Of a stretch of 64,000 bases of DNA, positions 25,437-36,103 are shown piece after piece. The stretch lies in the NCBI RefSeq assembly GCF_056712565.1, contig NZ_CM160072.1. One strand, 5' to 3'. The notes beneath the pieces were generated by a model. That model did not search any database. It was not told where the DNA came from and was given only the letters and a program-made list of their open reading frames with translations. How positions within the stretch are numbered: the stretch's first letter is position 1; each line of letters opens with the position of its first letter. Made by a program: the position numbers and the translations under genes.

Positions 25437-26557
25437 TGCGTTTTGTTGATGAATATCGCGCGCCGGAACAGGTAATGCAGTTAATTGAGCATCTGCGCGA
25501 ACGTGCTTCACATCTCTCTTACACCGCCGAACGCCCTCTGCGGATTATGGAAGTGTGTGGCGGTCATACCCACGCCATTTTTAAATTCGGCCTCGACCAG
25601 TTGCTACCGGAAAACGTTGAGTTTATCCACGGTCCGGGTTGCCCGGTGTGCGTACTGCCAATGGGTAGAATCGACACCTGCGTGGAGATTGCCAGCCATC
25701 CGGAAGTCATCTTCTGTACCTTTGGCGATGCCATGCGCGTACCAGGGAAACAGGGGTCGCTGTTGCAGGCAAAAGCACGCGGTGCCGATGTGCGCATCGT
25801 TTACTCGCCAATGGATGCGTTAAAACTGGCGCAGGAGAATCCAACCCGCAAAGTGGTGTTCTTCGGCTTAGGTTTTGAAACCACCATGCCGACCACCGCC
25901 ATCACGTTGCAACAGGCAAAAGCCCGCGATGTGCAGAATTTTTACTTCTTCTGCCAGCACATTACGCTCATCCCAACACTGCGCAGTTTACTTGAAGAGC
26001 CGGATAACGGTATCGACGCGTTTCTTGCGCCCGGTCACGTTAGTATGGTTATCGGCACTGATGCCTATAATTTTATCGCCAGCGATTTTCATCGTCCGCT
26101 GGTGGTCGCTGGTTTCGAACCCCTTGATCTACTTCAAGGCGTGGTGATGCTGGTGGAGCAGAAAATAGCGGCCCATAGCAAGGTAGAGAATCAGTATCGT
26201 CGGGTGGTGCCGGATGCCGGTAACCTGCTGGCGCAACAGGCAATTGCTGATGTGTTCTGTGTCAACGGCGACAGCGAATGGCGCGGCTTAGGCGTGATTG
26301 AATCTTCTGGCGTGCACCTGACGCCGGATTATCAACGATTCGATGCCGAAGCACATTTCCGCCCGGCACCGCAGCAGGTCTGCGATGACCCGCGTGCGCG
26401 TTGTGGTGAAGTATTAACGGGCAAATGTAAGCCGCATCAATGCCCGCTGTTTGGTAACACCTGTAATCCTCAAACCGCGTTTGGTGCGCTGATGGTTTCC
26501 TCCGAAGGAGCGTGCGCCGCGTGGTATCAGTATCGTCAGCAGGAGAGTGAAGCGTGA
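25436..26557 (+). CDS. hypD: Hydrogenase maturation factor HypD
   Basis: 373-aa ORF with conserved CGxH and CPVC motifs. Confidence 0.93.
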   Translation: MRFVDEYRAPEQVMQLIEHLRERASHLSYTAERPLRIMEVCGGHTHAIFKFGLDQLLPENVEFIHGPGCPVCVLPMGRIDTCVEIASHPEVIFCTFGDAMRVPGKQGSLLQAKARGADVRIVYSPMDALKLAQENPTRKVVFFGLGFETTMPTTAITLQQAKARDVQNFYFFCQHITLIPTLRSLLEEPDNGIDAFLAPGHVSMVIGTDAYNFIASDFHRPLVVAGFEPLDLLQGVVMLVEQKIAAHSKVENQYRRVVPDAGNLLAQQAIADVFCVNGDSEWRGLGVIESSGVHLTPDYQRFDAEAHFRPAPQQVCDDPRARCGEVLTGKCKPHQCPLFGNTCNPQTAFGALMVSSEGACAAWYQYRQQESEA

Positions 26558-27564
26558 ATAATATCCAACTCGCCCACGGTAGCGGCGGCCAGGCGATGCA
26601 GCAATTAATCAACAGCCTGTTTATGGAAGCCTTTGCCAACCCGTGGCTGGCAGAGCAGGAAGATCAGGCCCGTCTTGATCTGGCGCAGCTGGTAGCGGAA
26701 GGCGACCGTCTGGCGTTCTCCACCGACAGTTACGTCATTGACCCGCTGTTCTTTCCTGGCGGTAATATCGGCAAGCTGGCGATTTGCGGCACCGCCAATG
26801 ACGTTGCGGTCAGTGGCGCTATTCCGCGCTATCTCTCCTGTGGCTTTATCCTCGAAGAAGGATTGCCGATGGAGACACTGAAAGCCGTAGTGACCAGCAT
26901 GGCAGAAACCGCCCGCGCGGCAGGCATTGCCATCGTCACTGGCGATACTAAAGTGGTGCAGCGCGGCGCGGCAGATAAACTGTTTATCAACACCGCTGGC
27001 ATGGGCGCAATTCCGGCGAATATTCACTGGGGCGCACAGACGCTAACCGCAGGCGATGTATTGCTGGTTAGCGGTACACTCGGGGACCACGGGGCGACTA
27101 TCCTTAACCTGCGTGAGCAGCTGGGGCTGGACGGCGAACTGGTCAGCGACTGCGCGGTACTAACGCCGCTTATTCAGACGCTGCGTGACATTCCCGGCGT
27201 GAAAGCGCTGCGTGATGCCACCCGTGGTGGTGTAAACGCGGTGGTTCATGAGTTCGCGGCAGCCTGCGGTTGTGGTATTGAACTTTCAGAAGCGGCACTG
27301 CCAGTTAAACCTGCTGTGCGCGGCGTTTGCGAACTGCTGGGACTGGACGCCCTTAACTTTGCCAACGAAGGCAAACTGGTGATCGCCGTTGAACGCAACG
27401 CAGCAGAGCAAGTGCTGGCGGCGTTACATTCCCATCCATTGGGAAAAGATGCGGCGCTGATTGGCGAAGTAGTAGAACGTAAAGGTGTTCGTCTTGCCGG
27501 TCTGTATGGCGTGAAACGAACCCTCGATCTACCGCACGCCGAACCGCTTCCGCGTATATGCTAA
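26554..27564 (+). CDS. hypE: Hydrogenase maturation carbamoyl dehydratase HypE
   Basis: 336-aa ORF; PurM-like fold with C-terminal Cys; overlaps hypD stop. Confidence 0.92.
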   Translation: MNNIQLAHGSGGQAMQQLINSLFMEAFANPWLAEQEDQARLDLAQLVAEGDRLAFSTDSYVIDPLFFPGGNIGKLAICGTANDVAVSGAIPRYLSCGFILEEGLPMETLKAVVTSMAETARAAGIAIVTGDTKVVQRGAADKLFINTAGMGAIPANIHWGAQTLTAGDVLLVSGTLGDHGATILNLREQLGLDGELVSDCAVLTPLIQTLRDIPGVKALRDATRGGVNAVVHEFAAACGCGIELSEAALPVKPAVRGVCELLGLDALNFANEGKLVIAVERNAAEQVLAALHSHPLGKDAALIGEVVERKGVRLAGLYGVKRTLDLPHAEPLPRIC

Positions 27565-27637
27565 TAAAATTCTAAATCTCCTATAGTTAGTCAATGACCT
27601 TTTGCACCGCTTTGCGGTGCTTTCCTGGAAGAACAAA

Positions 27638-29716
27638 ATGTCATATACACCGATGAGTGATCTCGGACAGCAAGGGTTGTTCGACATCACTCGGACACTA
27701 TTGCAGCAGCCCGATCTGGCCTCGCTGTGTGAGGCTCTTTCGCAACTGGTAAAGCGTTCTGCGCTCGCCGACAACGCGGCGATTGTGTTGTGGCAAGCGC
27801 AGACTCAACGTGCGTCTTATTACGCATCGCGTGAAAAAGACACCCCCATTAAATATGAAGACGAAACTGTTCTGGCACACGGTCCGGTACGCAGCATTTT
27901 GTCGCGCCCTGATACGCTGCATTGCAGTTACGAAGAATTTTGTGAAACCTGGCCGCAGCTGGCCACAGGTGGGCTATACCCCAAATTTGGTCACTATTGC
28001 CTGATGCCACTGGCGGCGGAAGGGCATATTTTTGGTGGCTGTGAATTTATTCGTTATGACGATCGCCCCTGGAGCGAAAAAGAGTTCAATCGTCTGCAAA
28101 CATTTACGCAGATCGTTTCTGTCGTCACCGAACAAATCCAGAGCCGCGTCGTTAACAATGTCGACTATGAGTTGTTATGCCGGGAACGCGATAACTTCCG
28201 CATCCTGGTCGCCATCACTAACGCGGTGCTTTCCCGCCTGGATATGGACGAACTGGTCAGCGAAGTCGCCAAAGAAATCCATTACTATTTCGACATTGAC
28301 GATATCAGCATCGTCTTACGCAGCCACCGTAAAAACAAACTCAACATCTACTCCACTCACTATCTTGATAAACAGCATCCCGCTCACGAACAGAGCGAAG
28401 TCGATGAAGCCGGACCCCTCACCGAACGCGTCTTCAAAAGTAAAGAGATGCTGTTGATTAATCTCCACGAGCGGGACGATTTAGCCCCCTATGAACGCAT
28501 GTTGTTCAACACCTGGGGCAACCAGATTCAAACCTTGTGCCTGTTACCGCTGATGTCTGGCGACACTATGCTGGGCGTGCTGAAACTGGCGCAATGCGAA
28601 GAGAAAGTCTTTACCACTACCAATCTGAATTTACTGCGCCAGATTGCCGAACGTGTGGCAATCGCTGTCGATAACGCCCTCGCCTATCAGGAAATTCATC
28701 GTCTGAAAGAACGGCTGGTTGATGAAAACCTCGCCCTGACCGAGCAGCTCAACAATGTTGATAGTGAATTTGGCGAGATTATTGGCCGCAGCGAAGCCAT
28801 GTACAGCGTACTTAAACAAGTGGAAATGGTGGCGCAAAGTGACAGTACCGTTCTGATCCTCGGTGAAACTGGTACAGGTAAAGAGCTGATTGCCCGCGCG
28901 ATCCATAATCTCAGTGGGCGTAATAATCGCCGCATGGTCAAAATGAACTGCGCGGCGATGCCTGCCGGATTGCTGGAAAGCGATCTATTTGGTCATGAGC
29001 GTGGGGCTTTTACCGGTGCCAGCGCTCAGCGCATTGGTCGTTTTGAACTGGCGGATAAAAGCTCACTATTCCTCGATGAAGTGGGCGATATGCCGCTGGA
29101 GTTACAGCCGAAGTTGCTGCGTGTATTACAGGAACAGGAGTTTGAACGTCTCGGCAGCAACAAAATCATTCAGACGGACGTACGTTTAATTGCCGCGACT
29201 AACCGCGATCTGAAAAAAATGGTCGCCGACCGAGAGTTCCGTAGCGATCTCTATTACCGCCTGAACGTATTCCCGATCCACCTGCCGCCACTACGCGAGC
29301 GTCCGGAAGATATTCCGCTGCTGGCGAAAGCCTTTACCTTCAAAATTGCCCGTCGTCTGGGGCGCAATATCGACAGCATTCCTGCCGAGACGCTGCGCAT
29401 CCTGAGCAACATGGAATGGCCGGGCAACGTGCGTGAGCTGGAAAACGTCATCGAGCGCGCGGTATTGCTAACACGCGGCAACGTGCTGCAGCTGTCATTG
29501 CCAGATATTGCTTTACCAGAACCTGAAACGCCGCCTGCCGCAACGGTTGTCGCCCAGGAGGGCGAAGATGAATATCAGTTGATTGTTCGCGTGCTGAAAG
29601 AAACAAACGGCGTGGTTGCCGGGCCTAAAGGCGCTGCGCAACTTCTGGGGCTGAAACGCACGACTCTGCTGTCACGAATGAAGCGACTGGGAATTGATAA
29701 ATCGGCATTGATTTAA
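27638..29716 (+). CDS. fhlA: Formate hydrogenlyase transcriptional activator (sigma54-dependent, GAF-AAA+-HTH)
   Basis: Start at MSYTPMSDLGQQ (692 aa) rather than the ORF-track 704 aa; AAA+ sigma54-interaction motifs ([14 protein letters not shown]). Confidence 0.92.
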   Translation: MSYTPMSDLGQQGLFDITRTLLQQPDLASLCEALSQLVKRSALADNAAIVLWQAQTQRASYYASREKDTPIKYEDETVLAHGPVRSILSRPDTLHCSYEEFCETWPQLATGGLYPKFGHYCLMPLAAEGHIFGGCEFIRYDDRPWSEKEFNRLQTFTQIVSVVTEQIQSRVVNNVDYELLCRERDNFRILVAITNAVLSRLDMDELVSEVAKEIHYYFDIDDISIVLRSHRKNKLNIYSTHYLDKQHPAHEQSEVDEAGPLTERVFKSKEMLLINLHERDDLAPYERMLFNTWGNQIQTLCLLPLMSGDTMLGVLKLAQCEEKVFTTTNLNLLRQIAERVAIAVDNALAYQEIHRLKERLVDENLALTEQLNNVDSEFGEIIGRSEAMYSVLKQVEMVAQSDSTVLILGETGTGKELIARAIHNLSGRNNRRMVKMNCAAMPAGLLESDLFGHERGAFTGASAQRIGRFELADKSSLFLDEVGDMPLELQPKLLRVLQEQEFERLGSNKIIQTDVRLIAATNRDLKKMVADREFRSDLYYRLNVFPIHLPPLRERPEDIPLLAKAFTFKIARRLGRNIDSIPAETLRILSNMEWPGNVRELENVIERAVLLTRGNVLQLSLPDIALPEPETPPAATVVAQEGEDEYQLIVRVLKETNGVVAGPKGAAQLLGLKRTTLLSRMKRLGIDKSALI

Positions 29717-29760
29717 CAGATGTGGTTATACTCGATCAACATTCAATGAAAGGAGGCAGT

Positions 29761-30189
29761 ATGGCAGTTTCAGCAAGAAATCAATTAACCGGAACAGTTA
29801 GCGCAGTAGCAATGGGCGCGGTGAATGATGAAGTAGAACTGACGCTGGCAGGTGGTGCAAAGCTGGTGGCAATTGTGACTCACAGCAGCCAGCAAGCGCT
29901 GGGTCTGGCGAAAGGGAAAGAAGCGATTGCCCTGATTAAAGCCCCGTGGGTCACGCTGGCAACGGAAGACTGTGGACTGAAATTCTCTGCTCGCAACCAG
30001 TTTGCTGGCAGCGTGTCGACAATCACCGAAGGCGCAGTGAACGCCACTGTCCATATCAAAACGGATGCGGGTTTTGAAATTGTGGCAGTGGTAACAAATG
30101 AAAGTCAGGATGAAATGAAACTCACCACTGGCTCGCGCGTTATTGCATTGATCAAAGCATCAGCCATCCTGATTGCCACCAAAGCGTAA
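29761..30189 (+). CDS. Two-domain Mop/TOBE molbindin-like protein (putative molybdate/tungstate-binding)
   Basis: Start at MAVSARNQLTG, 8 nt downstream of an AAGGAGG Shine-Dalgarno; two tandem ~70-aa repeats each beginning SARNQ(L/F)(T/A)G(T/S)V, characteristic of TOBE/Mop domains. Not recalled between fhlA and ygbA in K-12. Confidence 0.7.
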   Translation: MAVSARNQLTGTVSAVAMGAVNDEVELTLAGGAKLVAIVTHSSQQALGLAKGKEAIALIKAPWVTLATEDCGLKFSARNQFAGSVSTITEGAVNATVHIKTDAGFEIVAVVTNESQDEMKLTTGSRVIALIKASAILIATKA

Positions 30190-30227
30190 GCGCCGTATTT
30201 GCCGGAGAGTATGGCTCTCCGGCAGAT

Positions 30228-30572
30228 TTATTTCTTTGGACGATATTTTTCTGGCAACTCCGGCACCGGACGCTTGTCATCGATGAGATGACGCACGGTT
30301 AAGATCGGATGACGCCACAGCATTCTCGGCCCAACCCAACGCATAATCTGTTTCATCTCTTCACGCTTTGCAGGCTGGTAACAGTGCACCGGACACTGCT
30401 TACAGGCTGGTTTCTCTTCGCCGAACACACATTTATCCAGCCGCTTTTGCGCGTAAGCAAACAACGCCTCGTAATGCTCCGGCTCTGCTGACGCCTGCGG
30501 GCATTTCGCTTGATAAAGATCGATCATTTTTTTAATCGTCAGTTTTTCACGAGAGATACGCTTGCCGGACAT
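30228..30572 (-). CDS. ygbA: Nitrosative-stress-induced Cys-rich protein YgbA
   Basis: 114-aa ORF with CxxC-rich core (CKQCPVHC) matching recalled YgbA. Confidence 0.85.
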   Translation of the reverse strand: MSGKRISREKLTIKKMIDLYQAKCPQASAEPEHYEALFAYAQKRLDKCVFGEEKPACKQCPVHCYQPAKREEMKQIMRWVGPRMLWRHPILTVRHLIDDKRPVPELPEKYRPKK

Positions 30573-30588
30573 GCTGCCTCCATACTCT

Positions 30589-30612
30589 TAAGGTGCATTT
30601 ATATTACAACTT
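30589..30612 (-). promoter_or_regulatory. Candidate NsrR operator overlapping the ygbA promoter
   Basis: AAGGTGCATTTATATTACAACTT: AT-rich imperfect inverted repeat resembling the NsrR consensus (AAnATGCATTT-n-AAATGCATnTT), ~20-40 nt upstream of the ygbA ATG. Confidence 0.5.
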
Positions 30613-30857
30613 AATTTTAAAGGGGACTATGTCTCTGAAGGAGGAGGTTTCTTCAACCGACGAATTTGGCGATCTTGTTTCATCGTCATCACGCAAAAGC
30701 TGCAAAGCAGCATTTTTCGCGGAACCGACATCAAGAACTCACCTTTCGCGTCTTCCCCTGAAATGATTAACTCCGGTATCATGTGCGCCTTATGTGATTA
30801 CAACGAAAATAAAAACCATCACACTACATTTAACATCAGGGAGCCGGACTTAACCCC

Positions 30858-33419
30858 ATGAGTACAATAGAAAATTTCGACGCCCATACGCCCATGATGC
30901 AGCAGTATCTCAAGCTGAAAGCCCAGCATCCCGAGATCCTGCTGTTTTACCGGATGGGCGACTTTTATGAACTGTTTTATGACGACGCAAAACGGGCATC
31001 GCAACTGCTGGATATTTCACTGACCAAACGCGGTGCTTCAGCGGGAGAGCCAATCCCGATGGCGGGGATTCCCTACCATGCGGTGGAAAACTACCTCGCC
31101 AAACTGGTGAATCAGGGCGAATCCGTCGCTATTTGTGAACAGATTGGCGATCCGGCGACCAGCAAAGGGCCGGTTGAGCGCAAAGTTGTCCGTATCGTTA
31201 CGCCGGGCACCATCAGCGATGAAGCGCTGTTGCAGGAACGTCAGGACAACCTGCTGGCGGCTATCTGGCAGGACAGTAAAGGTTTCGGCTACGCAACGCT
31301 GGATATCAGTTCCGGTCGTTTTCGCCTGAGCGAACCGGCAGACCGCGAAACGATGGCGGCAGAACTGCAACGTACGAATCCAGCGGAATTACTGTATGCG
31401 GAAGATTTCGCCGAGATGTCGCTGATTGAAGGTCGCCGCGGCCTGCGTCGTCGCCCGCTGTGGGAGTTTGAAATCGACACCGCTCGCCAGCAATTGAACC
31501 TGCAATTTGGCACCCGAGATCTGGTCGGTTTTGGTGTGGAGAACGCACCACGCGGACTTTGTGCTGCCGGTTGTCTGTTGCAGTATGCGAAAGATACCCA
31601 ACGCACGACCCTGCCGCATATTCGTTCTATCACTATGGAACGTCAGCAGGACAGCATCATTATGGATGCCGCGACGCGTCGTAACCTGGAAATTACTCAG
31701 AACCTGGCCGGCGGTGCGGAAAATACGCTGGCTTCAGTGCTCGACTGCACTGTAACGCCGATGGGCAGCCGTATGCTGAAACGCTGGCTGCATATGCCAG
31801 TGCGCGATACCCGCGTGTTGCTTGAGCGCCAGCAAACTATTGGCGCATTGCAGGATTTCACCGCTGAGCTACAGCCGGTACTGCGTCAGGTCGGCGACCT
31901 GGAACGTATTCTGGCGCGTCTGGCGTTGCGTACCGCTCGCCCGCGCGATCTGGCCCGTATGCGTCATGCCTTCCAGCAACTGCCGGAGTTGCGTGCGCAG
32001 TTAGAAAATGTCGATAGTGCACCGGTACAAGCGCTGCGTGAGAAGATGGGCGAGTTTGCCGAACTGCGCGACCTGCTGGAGCGAGCAATCATCGACACGC
32101 CGCCGGTGCTGGTACGCGATGGTGGTGTTATTGCGACTGGTTATAACGAAGAACTGGATGAATGGCGTGCGCTGGCCGACGGCGCGACCGATTATCTGGA
32201 ACGTCTGGAAGTCCGCGAGCGTGAACGTACCGGCCTGGACACGTTAAAAGTTGGCTTTAATGCTGTGCACGGCTACTACATTCAAATCAGCCGTGGGCAA
32301 AGCCATCTGGCACCAATCAACTACATGCGCCGCCAGACGCTGAAAAACGCCGAGCGTTACATTATTCCGGAGCTGAAAGAGTACGAAGATAAAGTTCTCA
32401 CCTCAAAAGGCAAAGCGCTGGCACTGGAAAAACAGCTTTATGAAGAGCTGTTCGACCTGTTGCTGCCGCATCTGGAAGCGTTGCAACAGAGCGCGAGCGC
32501 GCTGGCAGAACTTGATGTGCTGGTTAACCTGGCGGAGCGGGCCTATACCCTGAACTACACCTGCCCGACCTTTATTGATAAACCTGGCATTCGTATTACC
32601 GAAGGTCGCCATCCAGTGGTTGAACAGGTACTGAACGAACCGTTTATCGCTAACCCGCTAAACCTGTCGCCACAGCGCCGCATGTTGATCATCACCGGTC
32701 CGAACATGGGGGGTAAAAGTACCTATATGCGCCAGACCGCGTTGATTGCGCTGATGGCGTATATCGGCAGTTACGTCCCGGCGCAAAAGGTCGAGATTGG
32801 GCCGATCGATCGCATCTTTACCCGCGTAGGTGCCGCGGATGATCTGGCTTCCGGACGTTCAACCTTTATGGTGGAGATGACCGAAACCGCTAATATTCTG
32901 CATAACGCCACCGAATACAGTCTGGTGTTGATGGACGAGATTGGGCGCGGAACGTCCACTTACGATGGCCTGTCGCTGGCATGGGCGTGTGCGGAAAATC
33001 TGGCAAATAAGATCAAAGCGTTGACGCTGTTTGCTACCCACTATTTCGAGCTGACCCAGTTACCGGAGAAAATGGAAGGCGTCGCCAACGTGCATCTCGA
33101 TGCACTGGAGCACGGCGACACCATTGCCTTTATGCATAGCGTGCAGGATGGCGCAGCGAGCAAAAGCTACGGCCTGGCGGTTGCAGCTCTGGCGGGTGTG
33201 CCAAAAGAGGTTATTAAGCGCGCACGGCAAAAACTGCGTGAGCTGGAAAGCATTTCGCCGAACGCCGCTGCTACGCAAGTGGATGGTACACAAATGTCTT
33301 TGCTGTCCGTACCGGAAGAAACTTCGCCTGCGGTCGAGGCATTGGAAAACCTCGACCCGGATTCACTGACTCCGCGTCAGGCGCTGGAATGGATTTATCG
33401 CTTGAAGAGTCTGGTGTAA
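30858..33419 (+). CDS. mutS: DNA mismatch repair protein MutS
   Basis: 853-aa ORF; mismatch-binding N-terminus, Walker [11 protein letters not shown]-terminal dimerisation region. Confidence 0.96.
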
Positions 33420-33524
33420 TAATAATTCCCGATAGTCTTTTGCTATCGGGAATATTAACAACAACTGACGAATCAAATAAAAATACCCTGTATAATAGGA
33501 AAGCTTATTTTACAGGGTAAAACC

Positions 33525-34181
33525 ATGCCATCTACACGCTACCAAAAAATCAACGCCCATCACTATCGCCATATATGGACCGTTGGTGATATTCATGGTG
33601 ACTATCAATTATTACAATCCCGCTTACATCAACTCTCTTTTTGCCCTGAAACCGACTTACTTATTTCGGTAGGCGATAACATCGATCGTGGGCCCGAGAG
33701 TCTTAACGTGCTGCGCCTGTTAAACCAGCCCTGGTTTATCTCCGTCAAAGGCAACCACGAAGCGATGGCGCTTGATGCATTCGAAACTGGCGATGGAAAT
33801 ATGTGGCTTGCCAGCGGTGGTGACTGGTTTTTCGATTTAAATGATTCAGAGCAACAAGAGGCAATAGATCTGTTGCTGAAATTCCATCACCTTCCACATA
33901 TTATTGAAATCACTAACGACACCATAAAATATGTCATCGCACATGCAGATTATCCGGGGAAGGAGTATCAGTTTGGCAAAGAAATAGCGGAGAACGAATT
34001 ACTCTGGCCTGTTGATCGTGTGCAGAAATCACTTAATAGCGAATTACAAAAAATAAACGGTGCCGACTTCTTTATATTTGGTCATATGATGTTTGATAAC
34101 ATTCAGACGTTCGCTAACCAGATTTATATAGATACCGGATCGCCGAAAAGCGGGCGGCTGTCATTTTATAAAATAAAGTAG
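33525..34181 (+). CDS. pphB: Serine/threonine protein phosphatase 2
   Basis: 218-aa ORF with calcineurin-like phosphoesterase motifs (GDIHG, GDNIDRG, GNHE). Confidence 0.92.
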   Translation: MPSTRYQKINAHHYRHIWTVGDIHGDYQLLQSRLHQLSFCPETDLLISVGDNIDRGPESLNVLRLLNQPWFISVKGNHEAMALDAFETGDGNMWLASGGDWFFDLNDSEQQEAIDLLLKFHHLPHIIEITNDTIKYVIAHADYPGKEYQFGKEIAENELLWPVDRVQKSLNSELQKINGADFFIFGHMMFDNIQTFANQIYIDTGSPKSGRLSFYKIK

Positions 34182-34182
34182 T

Positions 34183-34208
34183 CTCATGCTTCTTCTGTGA
34201 AGCATGAG
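34183..34208. terminator. Stem-loop between convergent pphB and ygbI (candidate bidirectional terminator)
   Basis: CTCATGCTTC-TTCTGT-GAAGCATGAG: perfect 10-bp stem, 6-nt loop; T-rich flank on the minus strand. Confidence 0.6.
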
Positions 34209-34231
34209 TAACCCGGCGTTATTGCAGGTCA

Positions 34232-34999
34232 TTATTCATTTTTCGCTACCAGCAAAGAGAGATCCAGCTTCGCCAGCGCGCGGCTGGCACTCTCCGGCAG
34301 ACCGTCGTCAGTAATGATCTGATCAAACTCGCTTAATGGTAACGCCAGCCATGTCGCCACCTGTCCATATTTCGTCGCATCACAGACCAAAACTCGCTGG
34401 CGGCTGGCACTGGCAATCGCCCTTTTCACCGTGACTTTATCTTCTGCTGGCGTAGAGATCCCCCGCACACTCCATGACGATGCAGAAATAAAAGCCTGAT
34501 CAATCATCAGGCTACGCAGCATGGTCGCAGCGGCTTCCCCAACACAGGAACGGTTTTCCCGACACACTGCGCCGCCAGTGTGAATAATTGTGCAATTACT
34601 GTTGTCGAGCAAGTAGTCCGCAATAACGAAGTCGTTAGTAACCACTGTGAGTGGCTCCATGTGAATCAGATGCTGTGCAATCGCTAACGTGGTCGTTCCT
34701 GCATCCAGATAGATACAACGTCCCGGCTGAACAAGACTTGCCGCCAGCTTGCCAATAGCCGCTTTTTGCGTCATTGCCAGCGCAGTTTTTACCTGATGAG
34801 AAGGTTCATGCGCCACGCGTCCCGGAGACTGGACGCCTCCGGACACCAGCACAACGGCTCCCTGCTGCTCCAGTTTTTGTAAATCCCGACGAATGGTCAT
34901 ATGTGACACATTCATTCTGTCCGTTAGTTCAGCAATACTGACAATGCCTTTTTCAGCTACCATCTCAAGGATGATTTGGCGACGCTCTACGGGTATCAA
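34232..34999 (-). CDS. ygbI: DeoR-family transcriptional regulator
   Basis: DeoR HTH plus sugar-binding domain. Start assigned to a TTG 6 nt downstream of AAGGAG (255 aa); the ORF-track start is an in-frame ATG 10 codons upstream. Confidence 0.85.
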   Translation of the reverse strand: MIPVERRQIILEMVAEKGIVSIAELTDRMNVSHMTIRRDLQKLEQQGAVVLVSGGVQSPGRVAHEPSHQVKTALAMTQKAAIGKLAASLVQPGRCIYLDAGTTTLAIAQHLIHMEPLTVVTNDFVIADYLLDNSNCTIIHTGGAVCRENRSCVGEAAATMLRSLMIDQAFISASSWSVRGISTPAEDKVTVKRAIASASRQRVLVCDATKYGQVATWLALPLSEFDQIITDDGLPESASRALAKLDLSLLVAKNE

Positions 35000-35194
35000 C
35001 TTTTGCTCCTTCCTTTGTCCTGCGGACATTCTACGCTATTTGCCTGCGAAACGTGCGCGGCGCAACTAACGCTTAGTTCACATAAAATAACACGCAATGT
35101 TAACTTTTGTGAATCAGCTCACCATATCGTTATCTTTCCGCGCTTATATTCACAACATCAAACAAAATATCACTTAAATTAACAAGGAGAGCAG

Positions 35195-36103
35195 ATGAAA
35201 ACGGGATCGGAGTTTCATGTCGGTATCGTTGGCTTAGGGTCAATGGGAATGGGAGCAGCACTGTCATGTGTCCGCGCAGGTCTTTCTACCTGGGGCGCAG
35301 ACCTGAACAGCAATGCCTGCGCTACGTTGAAAGAGGCTGGTGCTTGCGGAGTTTCTGATAACGCCGCGACGTTTGCCGAAAAACTGGACGCTCTGCTGGT
35401 GCTGGTGGTCAATGCGACCCAGGTTAAACAGGTGCTGTTTGGTGAAAAAGGCGTTGCACAACATCTGAAACCCGGTACGGCAGTAATGGTTTCTTCCACT
35501 ATCGCCAGTGCTGATGCGCAAGAAATTGCTACCGCTCTGGCTGGATTCGGTCTGGAAATGCTGGATGCGCCGGTTTCTGGTGGTGCGGTAAAAGCCGCTA
35601 ACGGTGAAATGACTGTCATGGCCTCCGGTAGCGATATTGCCTTTGAACGACTGGCACCCGTGCTGGAAGCCGTTGCCGGAAAAGTTTATCGCATCGGTGC
35701 AGAACCGGGACTGGGTTCGACCGTAAAAATTATCCACCAGTTGTTAGCGGGCGTACATATTGCTGCCGGAGCCGAAGCGATGGCGCTTGCAGCCCGTGCG
35801 GGGATCCCGCTGGATGTGATGTATGACGTCGTGACCAATGCCGCCGGAAATTCATGGATGTTCGAAAACCGGATGCGTCATGTGGTGGATGGCGATTACA
35901 CCCCGCATTCAGCCGTCGATATTTTTGTTAAGGATCTTGGTCTGGTTGCCGATACCGCCAAAGCCCTGCACTTCCCGCTGCCGTTGGCCTCAACAGCATT
36001 GAATATGTTCACCAGCGCCAGTAACGCGGGTTACGGGAAAGAAGACGATAGCGCAGTTATCAAGATTTTCTCAGGCATCACTCTACCGGGAGCGAAATCA
36101 TGA
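35195..36103 (+). CDS. ygbJ: 3-hydroxyisobutyrate-dehydrogenase-family oxidoreductase (L-threonate dehydrogenase type)
   Basis: 302-aa ORF; N-terminal NAD-binding motif VGLGSMGMG. Confidence 0.9.
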   Translation: MKTGSEFHVGIVGLGSMGMGAALSCVRAGLSTWGADLNSNACATLKEAGACGVSDNAATFAEKLDALLVLVVNATQVKQVLFGEKGVAQHLKPGTAVMVSSTIASADAQEIATALAGFGLEMLDAPVSGGAVKAANGEMTVMASGSDIAFERLAPVLEAVAGKVYRIGAEPGLGSTVKIIHQLLAGVHIAAGAEAMALAARAGIPLDVMYDVVTNAAGNSWMFENRMRHVVDGDYTPHSAVDIFVKDLGLVADTAKALHFPLPLASTALNMFTSASNAGYGKEDDSAVIKIFSGITLPGAKS

